A stretch of 64,000 nucleotides of DNA from a bacterium (GTDB lineage: Bacteria; Fidelibacterota; Fidelibacteria; Fidelibacterales; Fidelibacteraceae): positions 1,152,001 through 1,216,000 of the forward strand of contig OY781066.1 of the NCBI GenBank assembly GCA_963676395.1, in the 5' to 3' direction. The notes beneath the pieces were generated by a model. The model did no database searches and had not been told where the DNA came from. It worked only from the letters and a program-made list of their open reading frames with translations. Below, in pieces: positions 29,524 through 39,838 of the stretch. Every line of letters begins with the position of its first letter. Within the stretch, counting starts at the first letter, position 1. The translations under genes and the position numbers were made by a program.

Positions 29524-31140
29524 TCATTCAAGAAACTTCTTTGCCTCAGGAATTGACTCAAATGCTCTCTGAAATTGATTGTCATTTAACAACCGGGCTT
29601 CATAAAACGCATTATTATCCCACCAAATCTTAGTCATTTCAGACTTAATTTGCATTTCAATATAATCTTTATCTTTTTTCAGTTCTTCGAGCTTCAATTT
29701 ATCCACTTCTTTTGAAGCAAACTCATAAAATTCCAAAATAAAGTTCTCATCAAAATGAATGTCATAAATAAAAGTATCTGCATTGGTATTATATTCTTCA
29801 TGTTGGCGTGCATATTTTTGTGCAAACTTGAAAAATGTACGTGACGTCTCATTAAAAATTCGCATAGTGCTTTTACTTAAATCAAAATTTCGTTTAATGA
29901 TAATGTCAGGGGTAATGCCACCGCCACCATACACGGTACGTCCGCTTTTCGTGTCAAATTTAGGTCTGCTGTTCAAATGTTTATCTAAAGAATCACTAAA
30001 TACCGAATCGGGTAAAATATAGAGGTCTTCATAATATTGAGCAACACCATCTTCGTATGAACGCTGGATCAATCTTCCCGAAGGAGTAAAATATCTTGCT
30101 ATTGTAACACGAACCGCCGAACCATCTCGCATGTTCCATTGTCTTTGAACCAAGCCCTTGCCAAAAGATGTTTCCCCTACGATCAATCCACGATCAAGAT
30201 CTTGCAGTGCGCCCGATACAATTTCGGAAGCAGATGCTGAGCCGCGATTGATCAAAACACAAACAGCAATATCTTCGTATTTACCTTTTTTAGTGGCAAT
30301 GTGGTATCTGTTTGCTGAACGAATACGACCTTTAGTGTATACCAAAGTATCTCCGGCGGAAACAAATTCATCAAGAATATTCACAGCTTGATTCATGTAA
30401 CCACCGCTGTTATAGCGAAGATCAAGAATTAGGTTTTTCATACCCTTTGCCTTAAGATCTTCCATGGCATCATTGAATTCTTTAAACGTCTTTTCAGCAA
30501 AACGATTTAATAGAATATAACCGATTTCATCATCTAGCATAAAATGACCATATACCGAATATAAAGGGATGTCATCGCGAATGATCGTAACGTCAAAAGG
30601 TTTTTCTTCACCCTGACGCAAAACATTAACGACCACCTTTGTTCCCTTTTTACCACGAAGTCGTTTTTTTGTTTGTGATCGAGTGATTTTGTATGCCGAT
30701 TCATTATCAATCTTTAAAAACTTATCCCCCGATTGCAAACCTACTCGCTCTGCCGGTGTCCCCATAATGGGTGAAATAACGGTAATATATCCGTCAATAA
30801 TATCATACTCTATACCTATACCCTGAAATTCACCTTCAAAAGATTCCTGGACAGATTTAAATTTCTTGGCAGGAATATAAGTGGAATGCGGGTCCAGTTC
30901 CTCAAGTAAACCGCGGTAAGCACCTTCCATGGTTTTATCCCATTCAACATCTTCTACATAGTTTTCGTTAACAATTCCAATGATATCTGTAAGAACTTGA
31001 AGCTTTTCATAGATGTCTTTTGCACTCGCACGAAGTTTATTAACATGCACAATACTAAAAAGTAAAACCAACGCAACCAGCGAAAGTATAAGGGTCTTCT
31101 TATTTCGTTTAAAAAATGCCATGATCTTTTCTTTCTCCAT
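29524..31140 (-). CDS. Carboxyl-terminal processing protease (S41, CtpA/Prc family)
   Basis: LDPHS, PDZ GIGI, DLRYNSGG, SASASEI, SFGKGLVQ, RYFTPSGR. Confidence 0.93.
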   Translation of the reverse strand: MEKEKIMAFFKRNKKTLILSLVALVLLFSIVHVNKLRASAKDIYEKLQVLTDIIGIVNENYVEDVEWDKTMEGAYRGLLEELDPHSTYIPAKKFKSVQESFEGEFQGIGIEYDIIDGYITVISPIMGTPAERVGLQSGDKFLKIDNESAYKITRSQTKKRLRGKKGTKVVVNVLRQGEEKPFDVTIIRDDIPLYSVYGHFMLDDEIGYILLNRFAEKTFKEFNDAMEDLKAKGMKNLILDLRYNSGGYMNQAVNILDEFVSAGDTLVYTKGRIRSANRYHIATKKGKYEDIAVCVLINRGSASASEIVSGALQDLDRGLIVGETSFGKGLVQRQWNMRDGSAVRVTIARYFTPSGRLIQRSYEDGVAQYYEDLYILPDSVFSDSLDKHLNSRPKFDTKSGRTVYGGGGITPDIIIKRNFDLSKSTMRIFNETSRTFFKFAQKYARQHEEYNTNADTFIYDIHFDENFILEFYEFASKEVDKLKLEELKKDKDYIEMQIKSEMTKIWWDNNAFYEARLLNDNQFQRAFESIPEAKKFLE

Positions 31141-31450
31141 CAAAAAATACCAATTTTCAGCAATTATATTAATTTTATAGCGATTGTCCTAAAGAATGTT
31201 TCAATTAATTTCAATAATCAAAAACCAAAGGCTGGATATTATATTGATTATTACATGGTTAATTTTATTTGTCAAAACAAAAATATAATCTGAGTTTCAC
31301 TTGATATTTTTAAATTGAAGTTAATTTATATGCAATGTATCGTAATAGAAAATACCGGGTGATAAAATGATAACTCATCTGATTAATCCGCTATATTGTA
31401 AAACAAGATCAATAAACTACCCTTATTTTTCTTCCGGTTTTTCTAACACA

Positions 31451-31480
31451 AAAACCCCGTGTCTTTCAACACGGGGTTTA
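31451..31480 (-). terminator. Intrinsic terminator of the glmL-like operon
   Basis: AAACCCCGTG-TCTTTCAA-CACGGGGTTT. Confidence 0.75.
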
Positions 31481-31539
31481 AATCATTTCTACGTATTACG
31501 CATCACGAGTTAAAACAACTCATGACTCATTTATTACGA

Positions 31540-32562
31540 TTAGAGTGTAAACTTGAATTCGTATTCCGCTACAAGAGAATCTAACACAGGCGGAAAAGCC
31601 GCTTCGCGTTTTTGTTCTTCAAGAGCCACTTTGACTTCTTCGCGTACATCTTCAAGTTTCTTGCCCTCTTTGCGATCCAGGATCTTAATAATATGATATC
31701 CGTAGGGAGTTTCAACAAGATCAGAGATACTGCCGATTGGCAATGTAAAAGAGGCATCTTCAAAAGTTTGAACCATGCGTCCGCGTGGAAAATCTTCATA
31801 AATTCCGCCGTTCTTGTTAGAACCGGGATCTTCTGAATATGTTTCAACGAGCGAAACAAAATCTTCACCGGATTTAGCGCGATCACAAACTTCTTTTGCC
31901 AACGCCTTAATACTGTCTACTTCAGCTTCTTCTTTACCTTGTGTCAAAAATAAAATATGACGCACACTTGCGGTTTCTTGTGAATATGTTTCTTTATTAG
32001 CTTCAAATTGGTCTTTAATCTCGTCATCTGTTACAGTGATGTCAACATCTTTCAATGCAACTTCTTCAATGTACTTCATGATCAATAGATTTTTTCTTGT
32101 GTCTTCACGAACAAAATCAAGATCAATTGCTTGTTGTTTGATCTGTTCTACAAAAGCATCTTTACCACCATTGGGTTCATAAAAGTTTTTTTCCATGAAA
32201 GCTTCGATACTGTCTTTAGAAATTTCCAAACCTTCAGCCGCAGCTTCTTCAAGAAGAATATCCTGCTGTACTTTCAAGGTTACGATCTGCATAACGAATG
32301 ATTCAATTCTTGCCGGATCTACATTTTGAATGATATTAATATCACCGCGCATACCTTGGTATACTGATTCCATAATATCGGTGTTTTTAACTTCGAATGA
32401 TTTGGTGGTTGCCAAAACAACGGAAGTATCGGGTTTCATGTAAGCGATCTTTTCGCCCATGGCGTTAAAAAAATCTGTTTGAGCCGGAGTCAATTTTACA
32501 TTGTCCGAACAGCCCATAAATGCCATTGCTGCTACTGCCATAATGAGTAAAGTCCTTTTCAT
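31540..32562 (-). CDS. PrsA/SurA-like parvulin PPIase lipoprotein
   Basis: Lipobox FMGC; VRHIL, YSEDPGS, F..GRMV..FE, ETPYGYHII. Confidence 0.88.
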   Translation of the reverse strand: MKRTLLIMAVAAMAFMGCSDNVKLTPAQTDFFNAMGEKIAYMKPDTSVVLATTKSFEVKNTDIMESVYQGMRGDINIIQNVDPARIESFVMQIVTLKVQQDILLEEAAAEGLEISKDSIEAFMEKNFYEPNGGKDAFVEQIKQQAIDLDFVREDTRKNLLIMKYIEEVALKDVDITVTDDEIKDQFEANKETYSQETASVRHILFLTQGKEEAEVDSIKALAKEVCDRAKSGEDFVSLVETYSEDPGSNKNGGIYEDFPRGRMVQTFEDASFTLPIGSISDLVETPYGYHIIKILDRKEGKKLEDVREEVKVALEEQKREAAFPPVLDSLVAEYEFKFTL

Positions 32563-33996
32563 TTATTGTCCTTTCTGTTGATTTATATATTCTAATTCCA
32601 TGTGGTAATTCCACTTGTTAAAGTATAAGTTTCCACCACGCCATTCAACTTCACCACGCTGAAAATCATTTGTTTCCGAACGTAAGAATTGCTTATCGGG
32701 GAATAGGGGACGAGCATAATCATCATTAACGATCAAGCGATAAGCATCCATTCCACCTAGAAAAAATTCATTGGCTTTTTGAGTTTTAAGTTCTTGTCTG
32801 CCAAAAGACTGATCAACTGAAACCCAGCCCGGTCCTTCAAAATATATCTGACCCCAGTCATGAAGATTCTTATTGCCCGGATGAAGCATCCATCCACTTT
32901 CCCAACGAGTTGGAATACCATTATAACGACAAAGTACCATAAAAAGCAGGGTTACCTGACCGCAATCACCGTGCTTATTTGCAATCACATATTCAGGAAT
33001 ATTCTCAATCGTTGAGTATTCTCGAGCTCCCGCCCAAGGATAGTTGGCGGTAATATAGTTAAATATCTTTCTGGCTATCTGATATGAATTGTCTTCATCA
33101 CCAACAATCTTGTCGGATAATGCTTTTACAGCAGGGGTAAAAAGTAGGTGAGGGTCGCGTTCAGCAGTATATTTTTTATATTCTTCGCTTTTTTTATTAT
33201 AAGGTTTGATCTCAACATTATCCAAATCCACCCAACGTGAATGTGAAACGGTTGAAAATTCAATCTCAAAAACCGTTGCTTCACCGGCTACTGCAGGTTT
33301 CTGCATGTACACTGTTCTATGAGGTTTATCATTTGGAGCAAGAATATAATCTTCTTGTGATGTAGAAAGAAGTTTCACGTTTTCCTGACGATCTTTCACT
33401 TCTTTTGGGAAGGGTAGCCAACAACGAAGTATTTCATTTTCCGGTACGGCGTCAGCATCAACAGTCAGAGTATATTTGAACTTCATTTTAACGGGTTTAC
33501 CTTTTGTCTTTCCACTCTTTTGAGTTTCTTCGATGACTTCGGGTATGTTTTGTTCCAAAAATTCAGCCAAACTTCCTTTTTTCTTGCCTTCAACTTTGAT
33601 CTTTTGTGCTTTTGCTTCTTCGTCGATTCGAAAAAGATTAGCGTGGGATCTTGCAAAGTAACGCTTTTCACCGTTAATGGTCATGTTTTCTAAAGCGTTG
33701 CTCTTTTCCCATGCACGCATTTGATCTTGGGTCACATCAGGATAATACTGTTTGATATATTCAAGAACATCTTCTCGAGATTTGTTAAAATCCAATTCAA
33801 TACGATGCATGATATCAGCTTTTTCTTCCAGTTCAATGCGTTCAAGGTCTGTCAGCTTGCCGAAACCCATCGCTTTATTGATCTGTTTTTTAGCCATATC
33901 AAACTGTCCTTTTTCGATCTTTTCATCAATCGTTGTACATCCGCTCAATGTAAATAGTAAACCACATACAAAAAAATAGATAGCTGTACGTTTCAT
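32563..33996 (-). CDS. Transglutaminase-like (Cys-His-Asp) lipoprotein
   Basis: Lipobox LSGC; GDCGQ (Cys), LHDWGQIY (His), WVSVDQS (Asp). Confidence 0.85.
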   Translation of the reverse strand: MKRTAIYFFVCGLLFTLSGCTTIDEKIEKGQFDMAKKQINKAMGFGKLTDLERIELEEKADIMHRIELDFNKSREDVLEYIKQYYPDVTQDQMRAWEKSNALENMTINGEKRYFARSHANLFRIDEEAKAQKIKVEGKKKGSLAEFLEQNIPEVIEETQKSGKTKGKPVKMKFKYTLTVDADAVPENEILRCWLPFPKEVKDRQENVKLLSTSQEDYILAPNDKPHRTVYMQKPAVAGEATVFEIEFSTVSHSRWVDLDNVEIKPYNKKSEEYKKYTAERDPHLLFTPAVKALSDKIVGDEDNSYQIARKIFNYITANYPWAGAREYSTIENIPEYVIANKHGDCGQVTLLFMVLCRYNGIPTRWESGWMLHPGNKNLHDWGQIYFEGPGWVSVDQSFGRQELKTQKANEFFLGGMDAYRLIVNDDYARPLFPDKQFLRSETNDFQRGEVEWRGGNLYFNKWNYHMELEYINQQKGQ

Positions 33997-34004
33997 GGAA
34001 AGTC

Positions 34005-35132
34005 CTATTTCTTTTCGATCATTTCCAGGTTAGCGCGTGGAAGAAGAACTTCTTTTTTACTTTCATGAAGTTTAACTTTTGCTACACGTGCCAATGAGCC
34101 GGATTCAAGTCTCTGAAGCTCATGAGGCAAATCGGTAACTTCGCCCAGCATACCAAAATATGGTGCACGAATAACACGAACTTCGGCTCCTTTATCCATA
34201 CCGAATAATTCAGCAGCCTCATCTTTGATCTTTGTGCTACCACCGAGAGGTATAATGATCTCAGGACGAATAACACCGGCACGGATCTGGGTTGCACCAT
34301 TAATAGAAGCCATCTTACCTTCATGCGATGCCAAAAGTTTAAACGTTTGCTCAGCCATGTGAACTTCGCCAAAACCTTCTGTCACGATCAAAGTTGTATT
34401 AATATCTTCCTGGCCTGTAATAGCAACGCCAATATCATAACCGACGATCTTTTTAATGTCAGAATAGTTAAATCCACCAACAACCACACCGATTGCTCCG
34501 AGTCGCTCCGCTTTCTTGAAAGCTTTAAGGCTTAGGAATGAACCTCCCACAAGAACTTTACCCTTGCAGTCTTCAGTGATCATTTCTTCGGTAATGGAAG
34601 TATTTATATCTTCGGTTAAAACCTTGATCTCACCGCGACGTTCACCGCCGATACCAAAAATACCTTGAATAAACGAAGCGGCTGTTGATATTTCAACACC
34701 TTCATCTTCGATAATATCCGTTACTTTACCATCTACATATGCTAAAACAGAAACAGGAATTGGTGCTTCGCGAATAATTGCCTGACCGGTAATTTTTGAA
34801 ACAGATTCCAAGGTACCGGTTGCAGGTGAAATTGCTTTTGTTTTAAACATGCCGAAAATTCCGGATGTTTCAGCAATGAGCTCATCTTTTTTTATCGCAT
34901 CGCCCGGTTTTTTGATTAATAACTCGGGAATCTCAGATGCATCTATGTTTAACATGTTTGCCAGGTTGACAGGAACAACATTTCCCGGGAGATTCGTTGT
35001 TGCAACAATCTCTTCGGCTTTTACTTCAGTTCCTTTTTCAACCGTCACATCACCCTTTAGAGGGAGTCGACGGGTCTTATGAACCACAGTCTTATTAATA
35101 ACTTTTAATCCTGGTGTATATGCATGTGCCAT
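34005..35132 (-). CDS. Conserved hypothetical partner of the GlmL-like ATPase, with barrel-sandwich-hybrid-like repeats and a C-terminal KOW-like motif
   Basis: VTVEKGTEVKAEEIVA, IKKPGDAIKKDELIA, SPATGTLE, AYVDGKVT; GAEVRVIRAPYFGMLGEV. Confidence 0.7.
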   Translation of the reverse strand: MAHAYTPGLKVINKTVVHKTRRLPLKGDVTVEKGTEVKAEEIVATTNLPGNVVPVNLANMLNIDASEIPELLIKKPGDAIKKDELIAETSGIFGMFKTKAISPATGTLESVSKITGQAIIREAPIPVSVLAYVDGKVTDIIEDEGVEISTAASFIQGIFGIGGERRGEIKVLTEDINTSITEEMITEDCKGKVLVGGSFLSLKAFKKAERLGAIGVVVGGFNYSDIKKIVGYDIGVAITGQEDINTTLIVTEGFGEVHMAEQTFKLLASHEGKMASINGATQIRAGVIRPEIIIPLGGSTKIKDEAAELFGMDKGAEVRVIRAPYFGMLGEVTDLPHELQRLESGSLARVAKVKLHESKKEVLLPRANLEMIEKK

Positions 35133-35178
35133 TTTTTCTCCTTTATTCTAAATATTGAAGCCATACTTCAATGATTTT

Positions 35179-36990
35179 TTACTCAAATTCGTTGATGATC
35201 TTACTCCATTCCTGAAGTTTGGCAACACGTTCGGTCGGGTTTTCGGGTAATACGAAAGGTCGACGGCCACGGGCATCAATAATAACACCCACAAGGCCAC
35301 CATAAATATTCGTTTTAACAACCTGTCCGGGACCGGCACCAACATCAACACCACGTGCAGGAATGATCTCAGCTTCAATCGCTTCATAAGGAGCTTCGAA
35401 AAGTTCCATTTCACCAAGCGTGTAAGCTTTATCAATCACTTTACCCTCTGGCAAAGTAAAACGGACGCGCATATATTCTTTACCGGGTTTGATTGGACCG
35501 ACAGGAGCAATACATGTACCCAGCCTTAAAAGGCAATCTTTATTAAATACTTCAGTTGCAGCTTGTTCATGTACAGCACTCAAAACACCAAGCTGAGGCA
35601 TCATGAAAATTGAATCAACCGCAATCTGTGTAATACCTTCTGGCAAAAATGCATCGATCATCATGCGAGCCGACTGATGCCTGCGTGGTGCATGTGATAA
35701 TACTCCACCGGAACCAACAAGAACATCAAGATCCATCATGTTAACCAATGTTTCGCCTGAAGAGCTCTGATCAAAGGCATCAGAAATTGTACGTTCTTTT
35801 TGAACACCTTTCAAACCAACGGCAAACTCTTTATGTTGAATAAATGATAAGCGAAGTGCTTCACGTGCAATCGCTTGTTCAATCTTTAATTCCTCAAGAG
35901 ACTGTGGAATTGTTGTCGGGCGGATCATCTTGTTTCCAATACGATTTCTCAAATCCACTTCATCAATTTCAAAAGGCACCCAGCGTAAAATATTGGGAAG
36001 TGTAGCAGAAGCTAAAACATTTGAAATGGAGTATGACATACCCAAGTTAGCTGAAACGGTACGGTTAAAAACGGGATCACCTTTTTCAAGATCTTTAAAT
36101 ACCGAAAAAACATCTGTGGTAGCACCGCCAATATCAACACCCAAAACAGTGATACCTTCTTTTCGGGCAATAACCTGCATAATTTCACCAACCGCACCGG
36201 GTGTCGGCATAATGGGTGCATCAGACATAGCCATTAGTTTTTTATAGCCTGGAGCCTGAGCCATCACATGTTCCATAAACAAATCGTGGATCTTATCACG
36301 TGCAGGACCTAGGTTTTCTCTTTCAAGAACAGGTCGAAGATTAGGAACAATACTTAAATCAGTTGCTTCTGAAAGATTTTTTTCGATCTCTTCATTAGCT
36401 TTTTGATTTCCGGCATAGATCACTGGAAGTTTATAGTTAATACCTAAACGTGGTTTAGGGCTGGCAGCTTTAAGCAGCTCAGACATTTCAACAACAGATT
36501 TAATATTACCATGATCAGTTCCACCGGACAGAAGGATCATATCCGGACGAAGGTGACGGATTCTTTGAATTTTTTCATGGGGAAGACGACCATCGTTTGA
36601 TGCTAAAACATCCATTACGATAGCACCTGCACCCAATGCAGCACGTTCGGCAGATTCAGCAGACATCGCTTTTACAATACCTGATACAACCATCTGTAAG
36701 CCACCACCGGCTGATGATGTTGAAATATAAATATCCACACCCTTATCGCCTTTTTGGGGTGTGATGATATTGTCTCCATCCAATAATTGGCGTCCGCGTA
36801 ATTCTTCAACTTCTTTCGCGGCATTTAAAACTCCTTTTGTAACATCTTCGAAAGGAGCTTCCACGGTTGTAGGCGCTTCTCCACGAACAACCAATCTGTA
36901 TTCATCACCTTGTTTTTCAATAAGAATGGCTTTAGTTGTCGTACTCCCACAATCCGTTGCAAGTATTGATTTGATTGCTTCCGGTTTCAT
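35179..36990 (-). CDS. Glutamate mutase L (GlmL/MutL)-like ASKHA actin-fold ATPase
   Basis: Phosphate-1 TDCGSTTTK, STSSAGGGL, LLSGGTD, IMPTPGAV, phosphate-2 VDIGGATTDV, RTVSANLGMS, VGSGGVL. Confidence 0.85.
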   Translation of the reverse strand: MKPEAIKSILATDCGSTTTKAILIEKQGDEYRLVVRGEAPTTVEAPFEDVTKGVLNAAKEVEELRGRQLLDGDNIITPQKGDKGVDIYISTSSAGGGLQMVVSGIVKAMSAESAERAALGAGAIVMDVLASNDGRLPHEKIQRIRHLRPDMILLSGGTDHGNIKSVVEMSELLKAASPKPRLGINYKLPVIYAGNQKANEEIEKNLSEATDLSIVPNLRPVLERENLGPARDKIHDLFMEHVMAQAPGYKKLMAMSDAPIMPTPGAVGEIMQVIARKEGITVLGVDIGGATTDVFSVFKDLEKGDPVFNRTVSANLGMSYSISNVLASATLPNILRWVPFEIDEVDLRNRIGNKMIRPTTIPQSLEELKIEQAIAREALRLSFIQHKEFAVGLKGVQKERTISDAFDQSSSGETLVNMMDLDVLVGSGGVLSHAPRRHQSARMMIDAFLPEGITQIAVDSIFMMPQLGVLSAVHEQAATEVFNKDCLLRLGTCIAPVGPIKPGKEYMRVRFTLPEGKVIDKAYTLGEMELFEAPYEAIEAEIIPARGVDVGAGPGQVVKTNIYGGLVGVIIDARGRRPFVLPENPTERVAKLQEWSKIINEFE

Positions 36991-37094
36991 AAGGTCCTCA
37001 TTTTTAATTCTTCATGCCAGAGGGCATAATATATAATTTTGCTGTAATCTTTACGCAAGTCTGTAATCTATCAATTTTTCTATGAAAAACCACC

Positions 37095-37925
37095 TTAAAC
37101 GAAAAATTTCGTGTAGATGTAAATCCAAAATAATGGAGCTACAACCGCAAGAGAATCAAAGCGATCTAAAAAGCCACCATGCTCCAATAAAATATTTGAT
37201 GAATCCTTTACTCCAATTTCACGTTTGATTTTAGATTCTACAAGATCCCCCAACTGTCCAAAGATCCCGGCCATCAATGCGATCATGATATAATCGAATA
37301 ATCCAAAAATAGGAATAAAATCTATTAACCATAATATCAACATGGCAAGACATGAAAAAACTAAACCACCAATGGAACCTTCAATGGTTTTCTTTGGTGA
37401 CACCGAAGGGAAAAGCGGGTGTTTACCAAAAAGTTTTCCCGTATAAAAAGCAAATATGTCTGTAGAGAAAACACCAACGATCATCGCTATAACAATATTT
37501 CTTCCAATATCAACAGTCATAGCTTGTGAGGGTATGTTTAGATTTCTTAATAAGATCATGGTTCCCAGGCTTAATCCCGGGTATAAAATCGATCCTATGC
37601 CAACAAAGGACATCTTCATAAATTCGGCATCTTTGTAAAATAAAAGCGAGAAATTTGTAAAAATCGCCGAAAATAACATAACGATCAAAATATAATCAAA
37701 ATGTCCAAGATACATAGCCCACATACAAAGGGGAGTGGATACTAAAGTTAAAACCATCAGTACACGTGGTGGAAAATGCACCATTTTTAACAATTCGTAC
37801 TGAGAAAATGCTGAAATTATAGCAACAATTACCAAAAACCAATAACCGCCAAACCAGGCTGTCGCCAGAATGATTGGGGCTCCAATAAATCCTATTAGTA
37901 GTCTTTGTTTGTGAGATCTGTTCAT
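37095..37925 (-). CDS. cdsA: Phosphatidate cytidylyltransferase
   Basis: DIFAFYTG, SPKKTIEG, GDLVESKIKREIGVKDS, HGGFLDRFDS. Confidence 0.95.
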   Translation of the reverse strand: MNRSHKQRLLIGFIGAPIILATAWFGGYWFLVIVAIISAFSQYELLKMVHFPPRVLMVLTLVSTPLCMWAMYLGHFDYILIVMLFSAIFTNFSLLFYKDAEFMKMSFVGIGSILYPGLSLGTMILLRNLNIPSQAMTVDIGRNIVIAMIVGVFSTDIFAFYTGKLFGKHPLFPSVSPKKTIEGSIGGLVFSCLAMLILWLIDFIPIFGLFDYIMIALMAGIFGQLGDLVESKIKREIGVKDSSNILLEHGGFLDRFDSLAVVAPLFWIYIYTKFFV

Positions 37926-37982
37926 ATTTTATTTCCGCACATAATATAGGCACTGCGTATCATTTAATAAATACTTTTTATT

Positions 37983-39071
37983 TTAGATTTCAATGATATT
38001 AACACTTGTGTCTTCCATGCCATGATGTCGAAGATCACTAAGATCAGTCGTAGTAATTAATACCTGTTTTTTTTGCATGATTTTTTCAACGATCTTTCGG
38101 CTATTATTAATATCTAATTCCGCAAATAGATCATCCAGTAAAAATATAGCTTCCTTATTTTGCTTTTCTTTTATGATTTCACCTTCTGCTAATTTTAGCA
38201 TTGTCATCCAAATTTTATGTTCCCCTTGAGAAGCATAGTGAATAAGCGGTCTGGAATTTCTATAGAACGTATATTTATCATAATTGGGTCCACTCATACT
38301 TCGTTTTAAAATAATCTCTTTTTCAATATTATCCCGACTTTTCATTAAAAAACTTTCTCGAAAAGAACTTTCATCATCGCCAATAATTGATGCTGAATAT
38401 TTAATATTTCCTATACTACCATTATCAAATGTTGATTGATATAATATCTTTAATTGATCGTTAAATATTTCAGTGTATTTTTCTCTTTCTTTCACAATAC
38501 GAAATATAATGGGAGATAATTGCTCGTCATATATGTTTATTTGTGTGTCATAAACAAACATTTTATTTTCATTAAGTTGTTTTAAATATGAATTGCGAAT
38601 TTTAATTAAACGACGATAATGTATCAGATCATTTAAGTATGATTTAGAAATTTGTGAAATAAAACGATCAAAATATGTTCTTCTATCACTACTGCTTCCA
38701 GCAGTTATTCTAAAATCTTCCGGTGACTGAAATACAATTGGAAAAGCACCAATAATATCAGCCAATCGTTTCATAACTTCCTCATCAAAAATAAATCTTT
38801 TTCCCTTATTTTTGAGAAAATTCCCCTGTACATCGCAATATGCTTCATTTTCCCATTTTGCTGATATCTGAAAATAATCTTCATTCTCTTTTAACATATC
38901 CACATCTTTGGGAGCCTTAAAAGATTTTGTAAAAGCAAGAAAGTATATCGCCTCAAGAATTGAAGTTTTACCAACCCCATTTTTTCCAAGAATAACATTT
39001 ACACCCGGAGAAAAAGTGATTTCCTTTTCTTTGAATATCCTGAAATTTTTTAAATAAAGCGTTGAAATCAT
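37983..39071 (-). CDS. recF: DNA replication/repair protein RecF
   Basis: NFR, Walker A GKNGVGKTS, ASQGEHK signature, LLDDLFAELD. Confidence 0.93.
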   Translation of the reverse strand: MISTLYLKNFRIFKEKEITFSPGVNVILGKNGVGKTSILEAIYFLAFTKSFKAPKDVDMLKENEDYFQISAKWENEAYCDVQGNFLKNKGKRFIFDEEVMKRLADIIGAFPIVFQSPEDFRITAGSSSDRRTYFDRFISQISKSYLNDLIHYRRLIKIRNSYLKQLNENKMFVYDTQINIYDEQLSPIIFRIVKEREKYTEIFNDQLKILYQSTFDNGSIGNIKYSASIIGDDESSFRESFLMKSRDNIEKEIILKRSMSGPNYDKYTFYRNSRPLIHYASQGEHKIWMTMLKLAEGEIIKEKQNKEAIFLLDDLFAELDINNSRKIVEKIMQKKQVLITTTDLSDLRHHGMEDTSVNIIEI

Positions 39072-39138
39072 ATTGACTAAATATAAATAGCCTTGGGATT
39101 TAATCCAAGACTAGTAAAGTCAATATCAATAGAATTTA

Positions 39139-39816
39139 TTATTTTAATTTGAAGTTGTATTCGTATCCCAAAGTTAGGATCAAAGGTGCATAAGACATTG
39201 CCTGTACATGCGAAAAGGCTAAACCTCCTTCTATGGCCACTTTATGTTGCTCAGAACCAAATTTTAAAAAAAGTAAGGGTTCATAAAATATATCTTGTTG
39301 GGGATTATTGTTTTCAACACCGTCAATAAGTTCTTTATAAACTAAAACATAGGATCCCTTTAAAATCAAACCGGCATCAAAAAATGGTGTAGTATAACCG
39401 ATATCACCTTGAATAAAGGCTTTTACATGATAATTATTTTTTATTGTGGTAGACGTTATATTATCATAACCGGTAAATCCGTTACCGGTACCAAAATAGA
39501 ACTCAGCTACAAATTTATCGACAAATGGAAAATAAAAACCGAGGGCCGCTTCACCGTAAAAATTTCTATTTACCAATTCATTTCCCAACTCTGTGTTTTT
39601 TATTCTTAACACGTGTCCATTAGCTTGAATGGCAAAATTATCCGATAAAGCATATGCAGAACTTACATAAGCTGAATACCCTTTCAATCCCAAAGAAACT
39701 TTCATTTCTTGTTTTTCTTTAAAAAGTGGTGCGTTTGCAGCTGAAGGATAATACACAAAACTTGAACATGAACAGAAAAGGCTTATTACGATTATAATAA
39801 GTAATATTTTTTTCAT
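39139..39816 (-). CDS. Hypothetical lipoprotein with beta-barrel-like strands
   Basis: Lipobox-like LFCSC; alternating aromatic strands; C-terminal LTLGYEYNF. Confidence 0.6.
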   Translation of the reverse strand: MKKILLIIIVISLFCSCSSFVYYPSAANAPLFKEKQEMKVSLGLKGYSAYVSSAYALSDNFAIQANGHVLRIKNTELGNELVNRNFYGEAALGFYFPFVDKFVAEFYFGTGNGFTGYDNITSTTIKNNYHVKAFIQGDIGYTTPFFDAGLILKGSYVLVYKELIDGVENNNPQQDIFYEPLLFLKFGSEQHKVAIEGGLAFSHVQAMSYAPLILTLGYEYNFKLK

Positions 39817-39838
39817 ACAACCACCTTTTGTTTAATGA

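Noticed and set aside
35179..36990. Calling this gene DNA mismatch-repair mutL or a functional glutamate mutase locus
   Set aside because: The motifs are actin-fold (ASKHA), not GHKL, and no mutase subunits are present
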